Assembly (NCBI RefSeq): GCF_006345805.1
Contig: NC_043017.1
Coordinates: forward strand, 4,278,001 to 4,342,000
DNA from: Octopus sinensis
Lineage: Eukaryota
Reading direction: 5' to 3'
Length of the DNA stretch: 64,000 nucleotides
The position numbers and the translations under genes were made by a program. The notes under the pieces were generated by a model that was not told where the DNA came from, did no database searches, and saw only the letters and a program-made list of their open reading frames with translations. Shown here piece after piece: positions 1 through 10,590 of this stretch. How positions within the stretch are numbered: position 1 is the stretch's first letter; every line of letters starts with the position of its first letter.

Positions 1-437
1 CGTAGATTTGTTCTTTATTTATTTACTAGGTCTCGAGGAAGGGGAAAGATTGTTATCAGTGTTCCTCTTGAATCTTGAATAAGTTAACATTTATAGAAAA
101 GATAGGAACAGAAAGGAAATTCCTGAGGGTTGACATTCTAGGGTGGAAGAAATGGGTGAAGTGAGTTGTGTCGGGCCCAGGGAGTCGGACACTAAAGGAG
201 GAGGTTGAAGAGATACATTTAGGACAAGAGTACTTGAGTTGAGGTGGTATGATGAGCACAGCTACATTTATGGAGTAGAGACCGTTTAAAACAGCAGAAA
301 AGGCAGTGAAAAGAAACTGCATGCTTGTGGGTCAGTGGCTGGAGATTGTTTGTGTGTGACTTTATGTCAGTCAGATGACTGGCCATTTTCTGGATACAGT
401 CAAGGACAGGGGCCCATACGATTCTTGCAGGGATCAT

Positions 438-1059
438 ATTTTGTTGTTAAAAATTGTGTGTAATAAATTGGTTATATTTCTACAATGCACAAAATATATT
501 TTGACAAATCTTTTATACAATTGCTAATATTTGATATAAAAATATAATAATAGGCGCAGGAGTGGCTGTGTGGTAAGTAGATTGCTTACCAACCACCTGG
601 TTCTGGGTTCATTCCCACTGCGTGGCACCTTGAGCAAGTGTCTTCTACTATAGCCTTGGGCCAACCAAAGCCTTGTGAGTGGATTTGGTAGACGGAAACT
701 GAAAGAAGCCCGTCGTATATATATATATATGTATGTGAGTGTATATATGTTTGTGTGTCTACCTTTGTCCCCCCAACATCGCTTGACAACTGATGCTGGT
801 GTGTTTACGTCCCTGTAACTTAGCGGTTCGGCAAAAGAGACCGATAGAATAAGTACTAGGCATGCAAAGAATAAGTCCTAGGGTCAATTTGCTCGACTAA
901 AGGCGGTGCTCCAGCATGGCCGCAGTCAAATGACTGAAACAAGTAAAAGATAAAAAAAAAGAGTGATAGTAATTTTTAAACATTGAATGGTTATGAGGAT
1001 CCATCCAAGAAAAACTGAAATCAAAGGGGTCCATAGGTAAGAATGGTTGAGAACCCCTG
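438..1059. mobile_element. hAT (Charlie-like) non-autonomous DNA transposon end, interrupted by a SINE A copy
   Basis: Ends in TGGTTGAGAACCCCTG (reverse complement CAGGGGTTCTCAACCA, a hAT/Charlie-type TIR) followed by GTCTAGGA, resembling the NTCTAGAN target. The left TIR was not found and the left boundary is approximate. Confidence 0.45.
553..963 (+). mobile_element. tRNA-derived SINE family A, full length
   Basis: Head GGCGCAGGAGTGGCTGTGTGGTAAG with A-box and B-box (GGTTCATTCCC), CORE-like CCTTGAGCAAGTGTCTT, internal (TA)n(TG)n hinge, and tail ending GACTGAAACAAGTAAAAGA. About 8 close copies occur in the window. Confidence 0.9.
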
Positions 1060-1474
1060 GTCTAGGATGTCTGTTGTGTGCAGCAGCAGCCGTCCAAGAA
1101 TTAGGACCTGGAGATCTCCATTTCCAGCGACTTTGAGGGCCACCTCCCAGTGGTGTCGGGCGTCAATGAAGAGTCTTCTACTACAAGATGACCAAAGTTT
1201 TTTTTTTTCCTAAGGTCTGGGGTCTCCTGCCCCTAAGCCCTAGACCATCACCTAATCACCCTCACCCGTCTTGTTGCTTAACAACAACAACAGCAGCAGC
1301 AGCATTATCCAAGATCTGAGAGCAACGCTCCATTGTGGACTTCACCTGAGTTTTGTAGGATTGAAGTATTCATAGCTCTGAAGAAAAGGGTTTTCCATTG
1401 GGATGTGGTCCTAAATGATGTGCTTTTAACATGAGAGATACTTTATGATTGTGAGATACAAAAATTGGAGCAAT

Positions 1475-1678
1475 TTAACCTTTTAGTATTCTTCTGTCAA
1501 AAGTAATGCTTATTCATTCATATTGTTTTTAATTAATTATGCATTACCTTGTAGCTTGAGATGATGTGATTGTTTATCTTTGGAATGACATTGTAGGGTA
1601 TATCTGATAAGCCGGATCTGAGAATAAAATGAAGGATATTTGGGCTGGGCATGCTCAGTTCAAATGCTATAGGGTTAA
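1475..1678. mobile_element. piggyBac-type MITE (family 1)
   Basis: TTAA at both ends (1475-1478, 1675-1678) and imperfect TIR CCTTTTAGTATT / AATGCTATAGGG. A diverged second copy lies at about 42762-42989. Confidence 0.7.
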
Positions 1679-1778
1679 GGGCTCTAGCTGAGTGTTGTTC
1701 ATAATCAGGGGAAGTGTGTGTATGTATGTGTGTAGGGAGTCAGGATACTTTTTTTGTTCTGAGTAGTACTCTAGATTC

Positions 1779-2000
1779 CTACATATTGAATGAGACAAGA
1801 TTGGCAGTGGACCATTGGAGGTTGTTTTCCAGGTCTCTTGTCGTGGAATCAGTTTGGGTTTGGCATGTGGTGTCTAGATTGCTAACGGATGATGCATGTT
1901 TGGGTAATGTTAGACAGGAATGAGGGCTTGTGTCAGCTGTATAAGCGTGGGAGTCTGTGTGAATATGGTGACATGTCATCCATGTAAAGAAGGAAAGGAA
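1779..2000 (-). pseudogene. Decayed LINE reverse transcriptase fragment (CR1/L2/Jockey group)
   Basis: Minus-strand translation PFLLYMDDMS (cf. LFLLYINDL), frameshift, HAYTADTSPHS (cf. YADD motif), then RDLENNLQWSTANLVSFN. Confidence 0.7.
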
Positions 2001-2117
2001 CTTGTAAACAGATAATCACACATGCGCATATATATATGAATGTATATATATATGTATGAATGTATATATATGTATGTATATATATATATGTGTATGTATG
2101 TATATATATGTATATAT

Positions 2118-2580
2118 ATATGTAAACATAGCAAAAAAGGTAATAAAATAAATTATTATTACCGGTGATCTAGCACAAAAGACAAATTAGCCATTAGGCT
2201 ATATGTTATTCATATATAAGTACATTAAAAGGCCTCTAAAAGAAGAAGCAAGTACTAGATACACAGAAAGTGGATAAATTCAATGAAAATGAAAATCAAA
2301 AACGTTTACAAACTCGGCTCATCTTATACTGCAGTTTCGTCTTTTTTTTAGCAGAAAATTATAATTTATCTGCCAAGGCTAGACTCTTCAGTAAGCAGCC
2401 TTTGTTATCCTAGAAGTACATGTCGTTAGAAACATGTGCGGTTCTGCCGACTTGCATTCTCTAACTTTTCAGACCATTGCGCAGACACAAAACATACCCG
2501 ACAGAGAGGGTTCTGGTATAGGGTCTACGACTAAAATTTATCGAGTAATATGTAAACATAGCAAAAAAGGTAATAAAATA
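2118..2580 (-). mobile_element. Non-coding 430-bp unit with 33-bp terminal direct repeats and an internal hammerhead ribozyme (retrozyme / Penelope pLTR-like)
   Basis: ATATGTAAACATAGCAAAAAAGGTAATAAAATA at 2118-2150 and 2548-2580, (TA)n on both flanks, HHR fold at 2316-2400. Confidence 0.75.
2316..2400 (-). ncRNA. Type I hammerhead ribozyme
   Basis: Minus strand reads GGCT-G-CTTA CTGAAGA GTCT...AGAC GAAA CTGCA GTA TAAG-ATG-AGCC. Intact CUGANGA and GAAA core, G10.1-C11.1 pair, stems I and II, palindromic stem III (ACTGCAGT) and a GUA cleavage triplet. Confidence 0.85.
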
Positions 2581-2582
2581 TA

Positions 2583-2626
<44 letters not shown>

Positions 2627-2779
2627 ATATATATATATGAATATATATGTTGTATGTATATTATGTATATATATATATGTATGTATATATATATATGTAT
2701 GTATGTATATATATGTATGTATGTATATATATGTATGTATGTATATATATATATTGTATATATAGTATGTATATATATG

Positions 2780-2810
<31 letters not shown>

Positions 2811-3028
2811 GTATATGTATGTATGTATATATATATATGTAGTATATATATATATGTATATATATATATATGTATATATATATGTATGTATGTATATATA
2901 TATGTATGTATGTATATATATTATATATATGTATGTATGTATATATATATATGTATATATATTGTATGTATGTATATATAATGTATATATGTATGTATGT
3001 TATATATATATGTATATATGTATGTATG

Positions 3029-3060
<32 letters not shown>

Positions 3061-3153
3061 TGTTATATATATATATGTATATATGTATGTATGTATATAT
3101 ATATATATGTATATATGTATGTATGTATATATATATATATGTATATATGTATG

Positions 3154-3196
<43 letters not shown>

Positions 3197-3449
3197 ATAT
3201 ATATATGTATATATATATGTATGTATGTATATATATGTATATATATATATATGTATGTATGTATATATATGTATATATATATATGTATGTATGTATATAT
3301 ATATATGTATATATATATATGTATGTATGTATATATATATGTATATATGTATGTATGTATATATATGTATGTATGTATATATATGTATGTATGTATATAT
3401 ATATATATGTATATATATATGTATGTATGTATATATATATGTATGTATG

Positions 3450-3480
<31 letters not shown>

Positions 3481-4012
3481 GTATGTATGTATATATATAT
3501 GTATGTATGTATGTATATATATATGTATATATATATGTATGTATATATATATGTATGTATGTATGTATATATGTATGTATGTATATATATGTATGTATGT
3601 ATATATATATATGTATGTATGTATGTATATATATGTATGTATGTATATATATGTATGTATGTACATGTATGTATGTACAGGTATGTATGTATGTATGTAT
3701 GTACAGGTATGTATGTATGTATGTATGTACATACATGTATGTATGTATATATATATATGTATGTATGTATATATATGTATGTATATATGTGTGTGTATGT
3801 ATATATATATATATGTATGTATATATATAATATATATGTATGTGTATGTATATATATATATGTATGTATATATATATGTGTGTATGTATATATATATATG
3901 TGTGTATGTATATATATATATGTGTATGTATGTATATATATATATGTGTATATATATATGTGTGTATGTATATATACATGTGTATGGAGATATGTATGTA
4001 TATATATGTATG

Positions 4013-4044
<32 letters not shown>

Positions 4045-4388
4045 TGTATATATGTATCTATATATATATGTATGTATATATATGTATATATATGTATGTA
4101 TGTATATATATGTATATATATGTATGTATGTATATATGTATGTATGTATATATGTATGTATGTATATATATATGTATATGTATATATATATGTATGTATA
4201 TGTATATATGTATGTATATATATATATATATATGTGTGTATGTATATATATATGTGTGTATGTATATATGTATGTATGTATATATATGTATATGTATGTA
4301 TATGTATGTATGTATATATATGTATATATATGTATGTATGTATATATATGTATATATATGTATGTATATGTATGTATGTATATATATG

Positions 4389-4419
<31 letters not shown>

Positions 4420-4551
4420 GTATATATATGTATATATATGTATGTATATGTATGTATGTATATATATGTATATATATGTATGTATATGTATGTATGTATA
4501 TATATGTATATGTATGTATATGTATGTATGTATATATATGTATATGTATGT

Positions 4552-4591
<40 letters not shown>

Positions 4592-4859
4592 ATATGTATA
4601 TATGTGTATATATATATATGTATATATGTGTATATATATATAATGTATGTATGTATGTATATATAGTATATGTATATATGTGTATATATATGTATATATG
4701 TTGTATGTATATATATGTATATATGTGTATATATATGTATATATGTGTGTATATATATATATGTATAAATGTGTATATATATATATATATGTATATGTGT
4801 ATAAATATATATGTGTGTGTATATGTGTATAAATATATATGTGTATATATATATATATG

Positions 4860-4892
<33 letters not shown>
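2581..4892. repeat. Compound (TA)n/(TATG)n microsatellite, about 2.3 kb
   Basis: Directly visible; it generates the spurious 600-800 aa Y/I/V/C/M ORFs. Confidence 0.98.
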
Positions 4893-4895
<3 letters not shown>

Positions 4896-5029
4896 TCCTT
4901 TATATGTTTCAGGCCTGAGGCTGGAGCCATGCCATTGTAATCACCTTTTAATTAACCAGTTCCATGGGTTTTGGCTTTTTAGTGAAGGAGGGAGTTCGAT
5001 ATTGCTGCCCTCTTTTGAGTTTCCTGCCT

Positions 5030-5465
5030 TGATTTAGGTTCTTCTGGGATCTTGGATAGTAAGAGGTCAAGTTGTTTCTTGAAAACATCTACTCCCACTC
5101 CATGGAGATCACTTAGATGTTTTGGGAAGCAGATAAATAGCCGTGGGCCCTTGAGTCAAGCTAATGCAGCACATGGTCCTCACCCTACATGAGAATGCTG
5201 GGACTTCTGAAACAGTGCAGTGATGTCCATTTTGAGATCCGGTATAACTCTCAATTACAAAATTTGGTACCAGCTCCTCCAGTATCTTCCATAGATATAT
5301 CGCTGAGTACCTGTGCCCTCTCTGCTCCGGAGAGTAGAGTCGTAGCTCATTCAGTCTCTCCCAGTAACTCAACTGTTCCAATCATGCAGTCTTCCTCGTA
5401 GAGTATCGCTGAACATCCTCAAGTTCTATAAATCCTACAATGTAGGGTGACCATAGTTGAGAGCA
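5030..5465 (-). pseudogene. CR1/L2-group LINE ORF2 C-terminal remnant
   Basis: QLWSPYIVGFIELEDVQRYSTRK, LSYWERLNELRLYSPEQRGHRYSAIYLWKILEELVPN and DLHGVGVDVFKKQLDLLLSKIPEEP are typical of the post-RT region of CR1-like elements; frameshifted. Confidence 0.85.
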
Positions 5466-5574
5466 GTATATATAAATGTTTGTGTATATATATGTTTATG
5501 TATAATTGTATATGTGTATATATATATGTATACGTATATATATATATGTATGTTATATGTATATATATTTACAT

Positions 5575-5606
<32 letters not shown>

Positions 5607-5738
5607 AGTATGTATGTATATATATATCTATATGTATGTATATATATATGTGTATGTATTATATATATATATGTATATGATGTATGTATATATATATATA
5701 ACATATATATATAATGTATGTATATATACATGTATGTA

Positions 5739-5782
<44 letters not shown>

Positions 5783-6358
5783 TATATATATATACATATA
5801 TATATTATGTATGTATATTACATGTATGTATTTGTATATATATATATATATAATGTATGTATATATACATGTATGTATTTGTATATATATATAATATATT
5901 ATATATATATATATGATGTATATATATATGTTGTATATATATATGTATGTATATATACATGTATGTATGTATAATATATATATATATACATATATATATA
6001 TATGTATGTATATATACATGATGTATTTTGTATATATATTATATTATATATATGTATATATAATATAATATATATATGTATGTATATATACATGTATGTT
6101 TTGTATATATATATCTATATATATATATATTATTATATATATACATTATATATATATATGTAGTATATATACATGTATGTATTTGTATATATATATATAA
6201 TATATATATATATTACATATATATATATATATTATATGTATGATATATATATATGTATATATTGTGTATATATATATATGTATGTATATATACATGTATG
6301 TATTTGTATATATATATATATATATATAATATATGTATGTATATATAATGTATGTATT

Positions 6359-6393
<35 letters not shown>

Positions 6394-6572
6394 AAATGTA
6401 TGTATGTATAAATATATGTATGTATGTATAAATATATGTATGTACGTATATATATATGTATATTCATGTATATATATTTGTCTTTGTATATATAATATAT
6501 ATATATATATGCATATATATGTATGTTTATATATGTATGTATATATATATATATGTATGCTTATATATGTAT
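5466..6572. repeat. (TA)n/(TATG)n microsatellite block
   Basis: Directly visible. Confidence 0.95.
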
Positions 6573-6769
6573 GTAGCTTAGTTTTTCCTTGGGGCTGGTC
6601 AGATTGGAGCAATCTCAAGATTAATCAGCCGAAATTGCGAGGATGATCTGGTTCTTGACTGAAGATTAAAGGCTTCGAATGACCCATCCGTGTTTTTTGT
6701 ATCGTCTATTTGGATGTTTTGCGTTCTTGTCCCATTTTGTATTTTATATACATATATATATATATATAG

Positions 6770-7010
6770 ATGTATTTTTATCTTGCCTTGACATCACTTG
6801 ATAGTTGTGTCACCATTGTGCAAGCAGAACAGTGTTCTTTGTTTTCAGTTTTCTGTGAAAATACATCTGGTCATGGAAAAATATTGCCCTACTTGGAGAG
6901 AGGTGAAGGGTTGCAACAGGAAGGATGTCAGGCCATTAAAAATCTGCCTCAATAAATTCCATCTGATGCATATATGAGTATGGAAAAGTGGGCATTAAAA
7001 CGATGATAAT
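6770..7010 (+). mobile_element. 3' half of SINE family A2 (A-type head joined to an RTE-type tail)
   Basis: CTTGACATCACTTGATAGTTG...GAAGGGTTGCAACAGGAAGG...GGAAAAGTGGGCATTAAAACGATGATAATG; similar to 9060-9272, 10360-10590 and 32195-32420. Confidence 0.7.
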
Positions 7011-7501
7011 GTGTTTTTAAATATTCATCTATATACTGTGTGCAATCCTCCACATTACAGGAGTAATGTGTTCCTGGAAATCTTGCCCTTAATGTGAAAT
7101 AAATTTTCCTATTGATTTTCACGTTATGAAATGATAATGCATTCAACCCCCAACAATAACAAAACAAACAACACTTTTATGTATGGGAATAATTTCCAAC
7201 CACAAGCAGTACAATATTTATTCATAAAAACATTTGAAGAGGAATATGTTAGGGAATGTATAAGAATTGTAGTGTTGTAACAGTGGACTTTCTTATCACA
7301 AAAGATGTTGACTACTGTGTGAGAAATTGCAATAGTCAATGAAGGTTACTGAGAGAATGAGAGAGACTATTCTGCTATCTTCTTCATCATCAAAAATTTA
7401 TTCAAAGAGTGAAGAACTTATCCAAAGCTCTTTGTTTATGATGCATCATCTCTTTGTACAGCTCAGTGTAGAATCTGAGCCCATTGTAAACTCTCTTTGT
7501 A

Positions 7502-7626
7502 ATCATCATCATCACTGTTTAACATCCTCTTTCCATGCTAGCATGGGTTGGATGGTTTGACTGAGGGCTGGTGAACCAGATGGCTGCACCAGGCTCCAAT
7601 CTTGATCTGGCAGAGTTTCTACAGCT
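7502..7626 (-). mobile_element. Family B repeat (RTE 3'-end-related), 5'-truncated
   Basis: CATCATCATC...TTCCATGCTAGCATGGGTTGG...GGCTGCACCAGGCTCCAATCTTGATCTGGCAGAGTTTCTACAGCTG matches the other B copies. Confidence 0.85.
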
Positions 7627-7857
7627 GTTTAATGTTCTTCTCTTGATATAAAAGTTCCAGCAGTTATACACTTATAGAAAAGTGCAATTTCATCAACATT
7701 GTATACTTGCTTCGATGTGTAGCCCCCTTCGGTAATCCTTTTTGCTTGTTTGTCAGGTGCTCAGGATGATTAGTAGTACTTTCTGTATTAGCACTGGCAG
7801 CTTCAACAGTCATTTTTATGTTATGCAAATTCAAACACTTGTTAAACCTTTCCGATC
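7627..7857 (-). pseudogene. pogo/Tigger transposase fragment
   Basis: ERFNKCLNLHNIKMTVEAASANTE, then after a frameshift EGGYTSKQVYNVDEIALFYKC...GTFISREE; matches the Tigger/CENP-B-like GEAASA and N-x-DETALF motifs. Confidence 0.8.
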
Positions 7858-8360
7858 TACATAAAAACATCACACTCTACTCATATACACGCAGACATAC
7901 TCATACACTGCTTTGTTGACCTACAACATATGTAGCTACAGCCATTGCTATCATGCTGATTCTTTTCTTGTTTTTATTCAAAATTTGGTGTGTTGGAGTT
8001 GGTTATATTGGTTTTAGTGTTGATGGTTGTCGTGACAGTGAAGTTGGGATACTACTGATAGTGGTACCAAATATCTGATTGTCTTATTTTAGATGGAGTT
8101 GCTCATCTTGTTCATATCAATGTTATTGGTTATTAAGGAGTTGGTGGGCTGGTAATAGCAGTGGTTGTATTGGGGTTTTCTGTTGGCTTTGATAGATAGT
8201 ATTAATATTTGTGGTGAAGGTTGATTTTGATACATAAATAGAAAGGTAAAGAGGTAAGTAGATAGATAGATACTCATTATGATCCAAGAAACTACATACA
8301 CAAATATTCACAGTGAAAAATTCAGACTCACACTCCATAAGTGCTGAGTGTAGCATACAC

Positions 8361-8726
8361 CAAGAAGCGGGCGAAAGCTTCCATGAAAGGTGCCGTATCC
8401 GTCGAACATGTACGTATGTGGCCGGCCTCACATCGAAAGGGAATCGGGTTAATATTCCCGAACCCAAACTTGGAGAGTACCTGTCCGGTGGCAGGAATGC
8501 GGTGTGCTCCTAGCAGCGCGTCCGTCGTCGAAGCCGGCAGCCGGGCGAAGCAGCGGCAAAGCAAGCGAGCCCAGAGATGTTGCCGGGAGCCCCAGGAAGA
8601 GTTCTCTCTTCTTCGTAAAGGACCCCGTCTGTGGAATCGGCTCGTCCAGTGATACGGATATGGTGCCTGTAGAGCGCTGTGGCTCGGGTGGTGTCCGGTG
8701 CGCTCTCGGTGGCCCTGGAAAATCTG
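8361..8726 (+). pseudogene. Isolated, diverged 28S rRNA fragment (D7 region)
   Basis: Conserved LSU blocks in the correct order: ATCGAAAGGGAATCGGGTTAATATTCCCGAAC, GGGAGCCCCAGGAAGAGTTCTCTCTTCTT, GTCCGGTGCGCTCTCGGTGGCCCTGGAAAATC. No flanking rDNA. Confidence 0.9.
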
Positions 8727-8849
8727 TATGTTGTATGTTATTTGCCTATTTGCCTTTGTTGTTCAAGTGTATGTTACAGGTCACTGAGTTATTTCTTTTT
8801 GCTCATTTTCATTTCATTTATGTAAACTACCTAAAGAGGGAGAGAGAGA

Positions 8850-9272
8850 GGTGCAGTCATCACTATGTATTTAAGGAGTGTGCTTCTCTACTGTGCGGTT
8901 TTCAGTTCAGTCCCATAGCTTAGCCCCCTCAGGCAAGTGTCTTACCATAGCCCTGAGCTGATCAAAGCCTTGTGAATGGATTTGGTAGACAGAAACTGAA
9001 AGAAGCCCATTTTGTATGTATAGTTATGAGTCTGTGTATATGTGGGGGTGTGTCTATGTTTGTGTCTCCTTATTTTGATGTCACACAGTAGTTATAAATA
9101 GGCATCACAATTATACAAGCAGTGCCCTTTGGGGCCATGGGAAAATATTATCTTACTTGGATACAGTATGAAGGTTGGTAACAGGAAGAGCATCTTGCTA
9201 TGCAAAATCTACCTTCACAAATTCTACCGCATCCATGCAAGCATGGGCAAGTGAATGTTAAAATGAGGATGA
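8850..9272 (+). mobile_element. SINE family A2, diverged
   Basis: A-type head (GTTCAGTCCC, GATTTGGTAGACAGAAACTGAAAGAAGCCC), short microsatellite, tail ending CATCCATGCAAGCATGG...GTTAAAATGAGGATGA. Confidence 0.7.
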
Positions 9273-9840
9273 ACTATATACAAGAACAGTTGTGGATCTA
9301 TGCTTCTAATGTGTAAACTTCCAGTGAGAACGAAGGATGAGTTAATAGCAGCAGCTAATGGCAAAACATGCTTCTGGTGTATACAAAATAAGGCTACTAT
9401 TTTGAATCAGTGTAGAATAAATGGAACTAAACAGGGTGGGCGGGTTTTGTTGTCTTTGGTCTTTGTGACAAAGGTACCATGTATATTGGTGCCAGAGGTT
9501 GTGTATTGTTTTGTCCACCCGGACACCTTGTGTTAGATACTTTTGACTTGTATCTTGGTGATGGTCTAATTTGCATTGCTCTGGAGGTTCTCTCTTTCTA
9601 TCCTACCTCTTCCTACTTCCCTCTCTATCGCCATCTCCCTTGTATTAATCCATAGGAAAGAACTCTACATGCACGTGCTTCCATGTTTGAATACACACTC
9701 ACACACTACTCCTGTTGCGTGTATTCATAGAAGCATACACGTTTCTTTGTATATGTATTAATCCTATGCATATATATATATTTATTTATTTGTTTGTATG
9801 TGTGCATATATATCTATACACACACATGTACACATGTATT

Positions 9841-9908
<68 letters not shown>

Positions 9909-9942
9909 GATGTATGAGAACACACATGCACATATATATTTA

Positions 9943-9986
<44 letters not shown>

Positions 9987-10029
9987 TACATACATACATA
10001 CAGACACACATAAGCACACACACATCAGT

Positions 10030-10201
10030 GAAGGCATGACCATGTGATTAAAAATTTGCTTCCCAACCATGTGGTTCTGGGTTCAGTCACAACGTGCACC
10101 AGCTTGGTCTACTGTCTTTTACAGCTCCAGACTGACCATGGCTTTGTGACTTTGGGTGATGGAAAAATAAAAGAAACCCACTGTGTATGTATATGTATGT
10201 G

Positions 10202-10256
<55 letters not shown>

Positions 10257-10264
10257 GTATGTAT

Positions 10265-10297
<33 letters not shown>

Positions 10298-10590
10298 TAT
10301 GTATAGGTGTATGTGTGTGTGTGTGTGTATATATATGTATATGTATAGGTGTATGTGTGTGTCTCTCATCATCACGTGATGGTTGTAAATGTGCATCACT
10401 GTCATATAAGCAATGTTGTTCACTTTTCCAGTTTTCTCTGAAAAATGTCTGGCCACGGGTAAATATTACCTTGCTTGGAAACAGGTGAGGGTTGCAACAG
10501 GAATGGTGCTCAGCTGCAGGAAATCTGCCTCAACCAAATTCTGTTCGATCCATAAAAGCATAAAGAATCGAACATTAAAATAATGATGAT
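10030..10590 (+). mobile_element. SINE family A2 with expanded internal microsatellite
   Basis: A-type head at about 10030-10180, (TA)n/(TG)n at 10185-10360, A2 tail ending AACATTAAAATAATGATGAT. Confidence 0.7.

Noticed and set aside
56-437. Possible Penelope RT N-terminal remnant (VLDCIQKMASHLTDIK)
   Set aside because: Resemblance is too weak to support without a profile search.
553-625. SINE heads as functional tRNA genes
   Set aside because: They have A/B boxes but continue into SINE bodies and lack a proper acceptor stem and terminator.
586-789. Recurrent short ORFs ending in LLSVSVYQIHSQG...EDTCPRCHAVGLNPEP, and LQLDALPNANHS ORFs
   Set aside because: Antisense translations of SINE A and family B copies; recurrence reflects the repeats, not a protein family.
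2434-4930. Long ORFs of 270-810 aa rich in Y/I/H/T or Y/V/C/M
   Set aside because: Translations of (TA)n/(TATG)n microsatellite, which lacks stop codons in several frames; not genes. The same applies to similar ORFs at 5.4-6.6, 9.7-10.9, 12.4-13.0, 46.4-47.0 and 57.5-58.3 kb.
7120-7340. Possible Penelope endonuclease C-terminal remnant (FYVWE, KRC..LCEK)
   Set aside because: Multiple frameshifts and only short motif similarity.
8123-8923. GC-rich ORFs of 66-139 aa
   Set aside because: They overlap the 28S rRNA fragment and are spurious.
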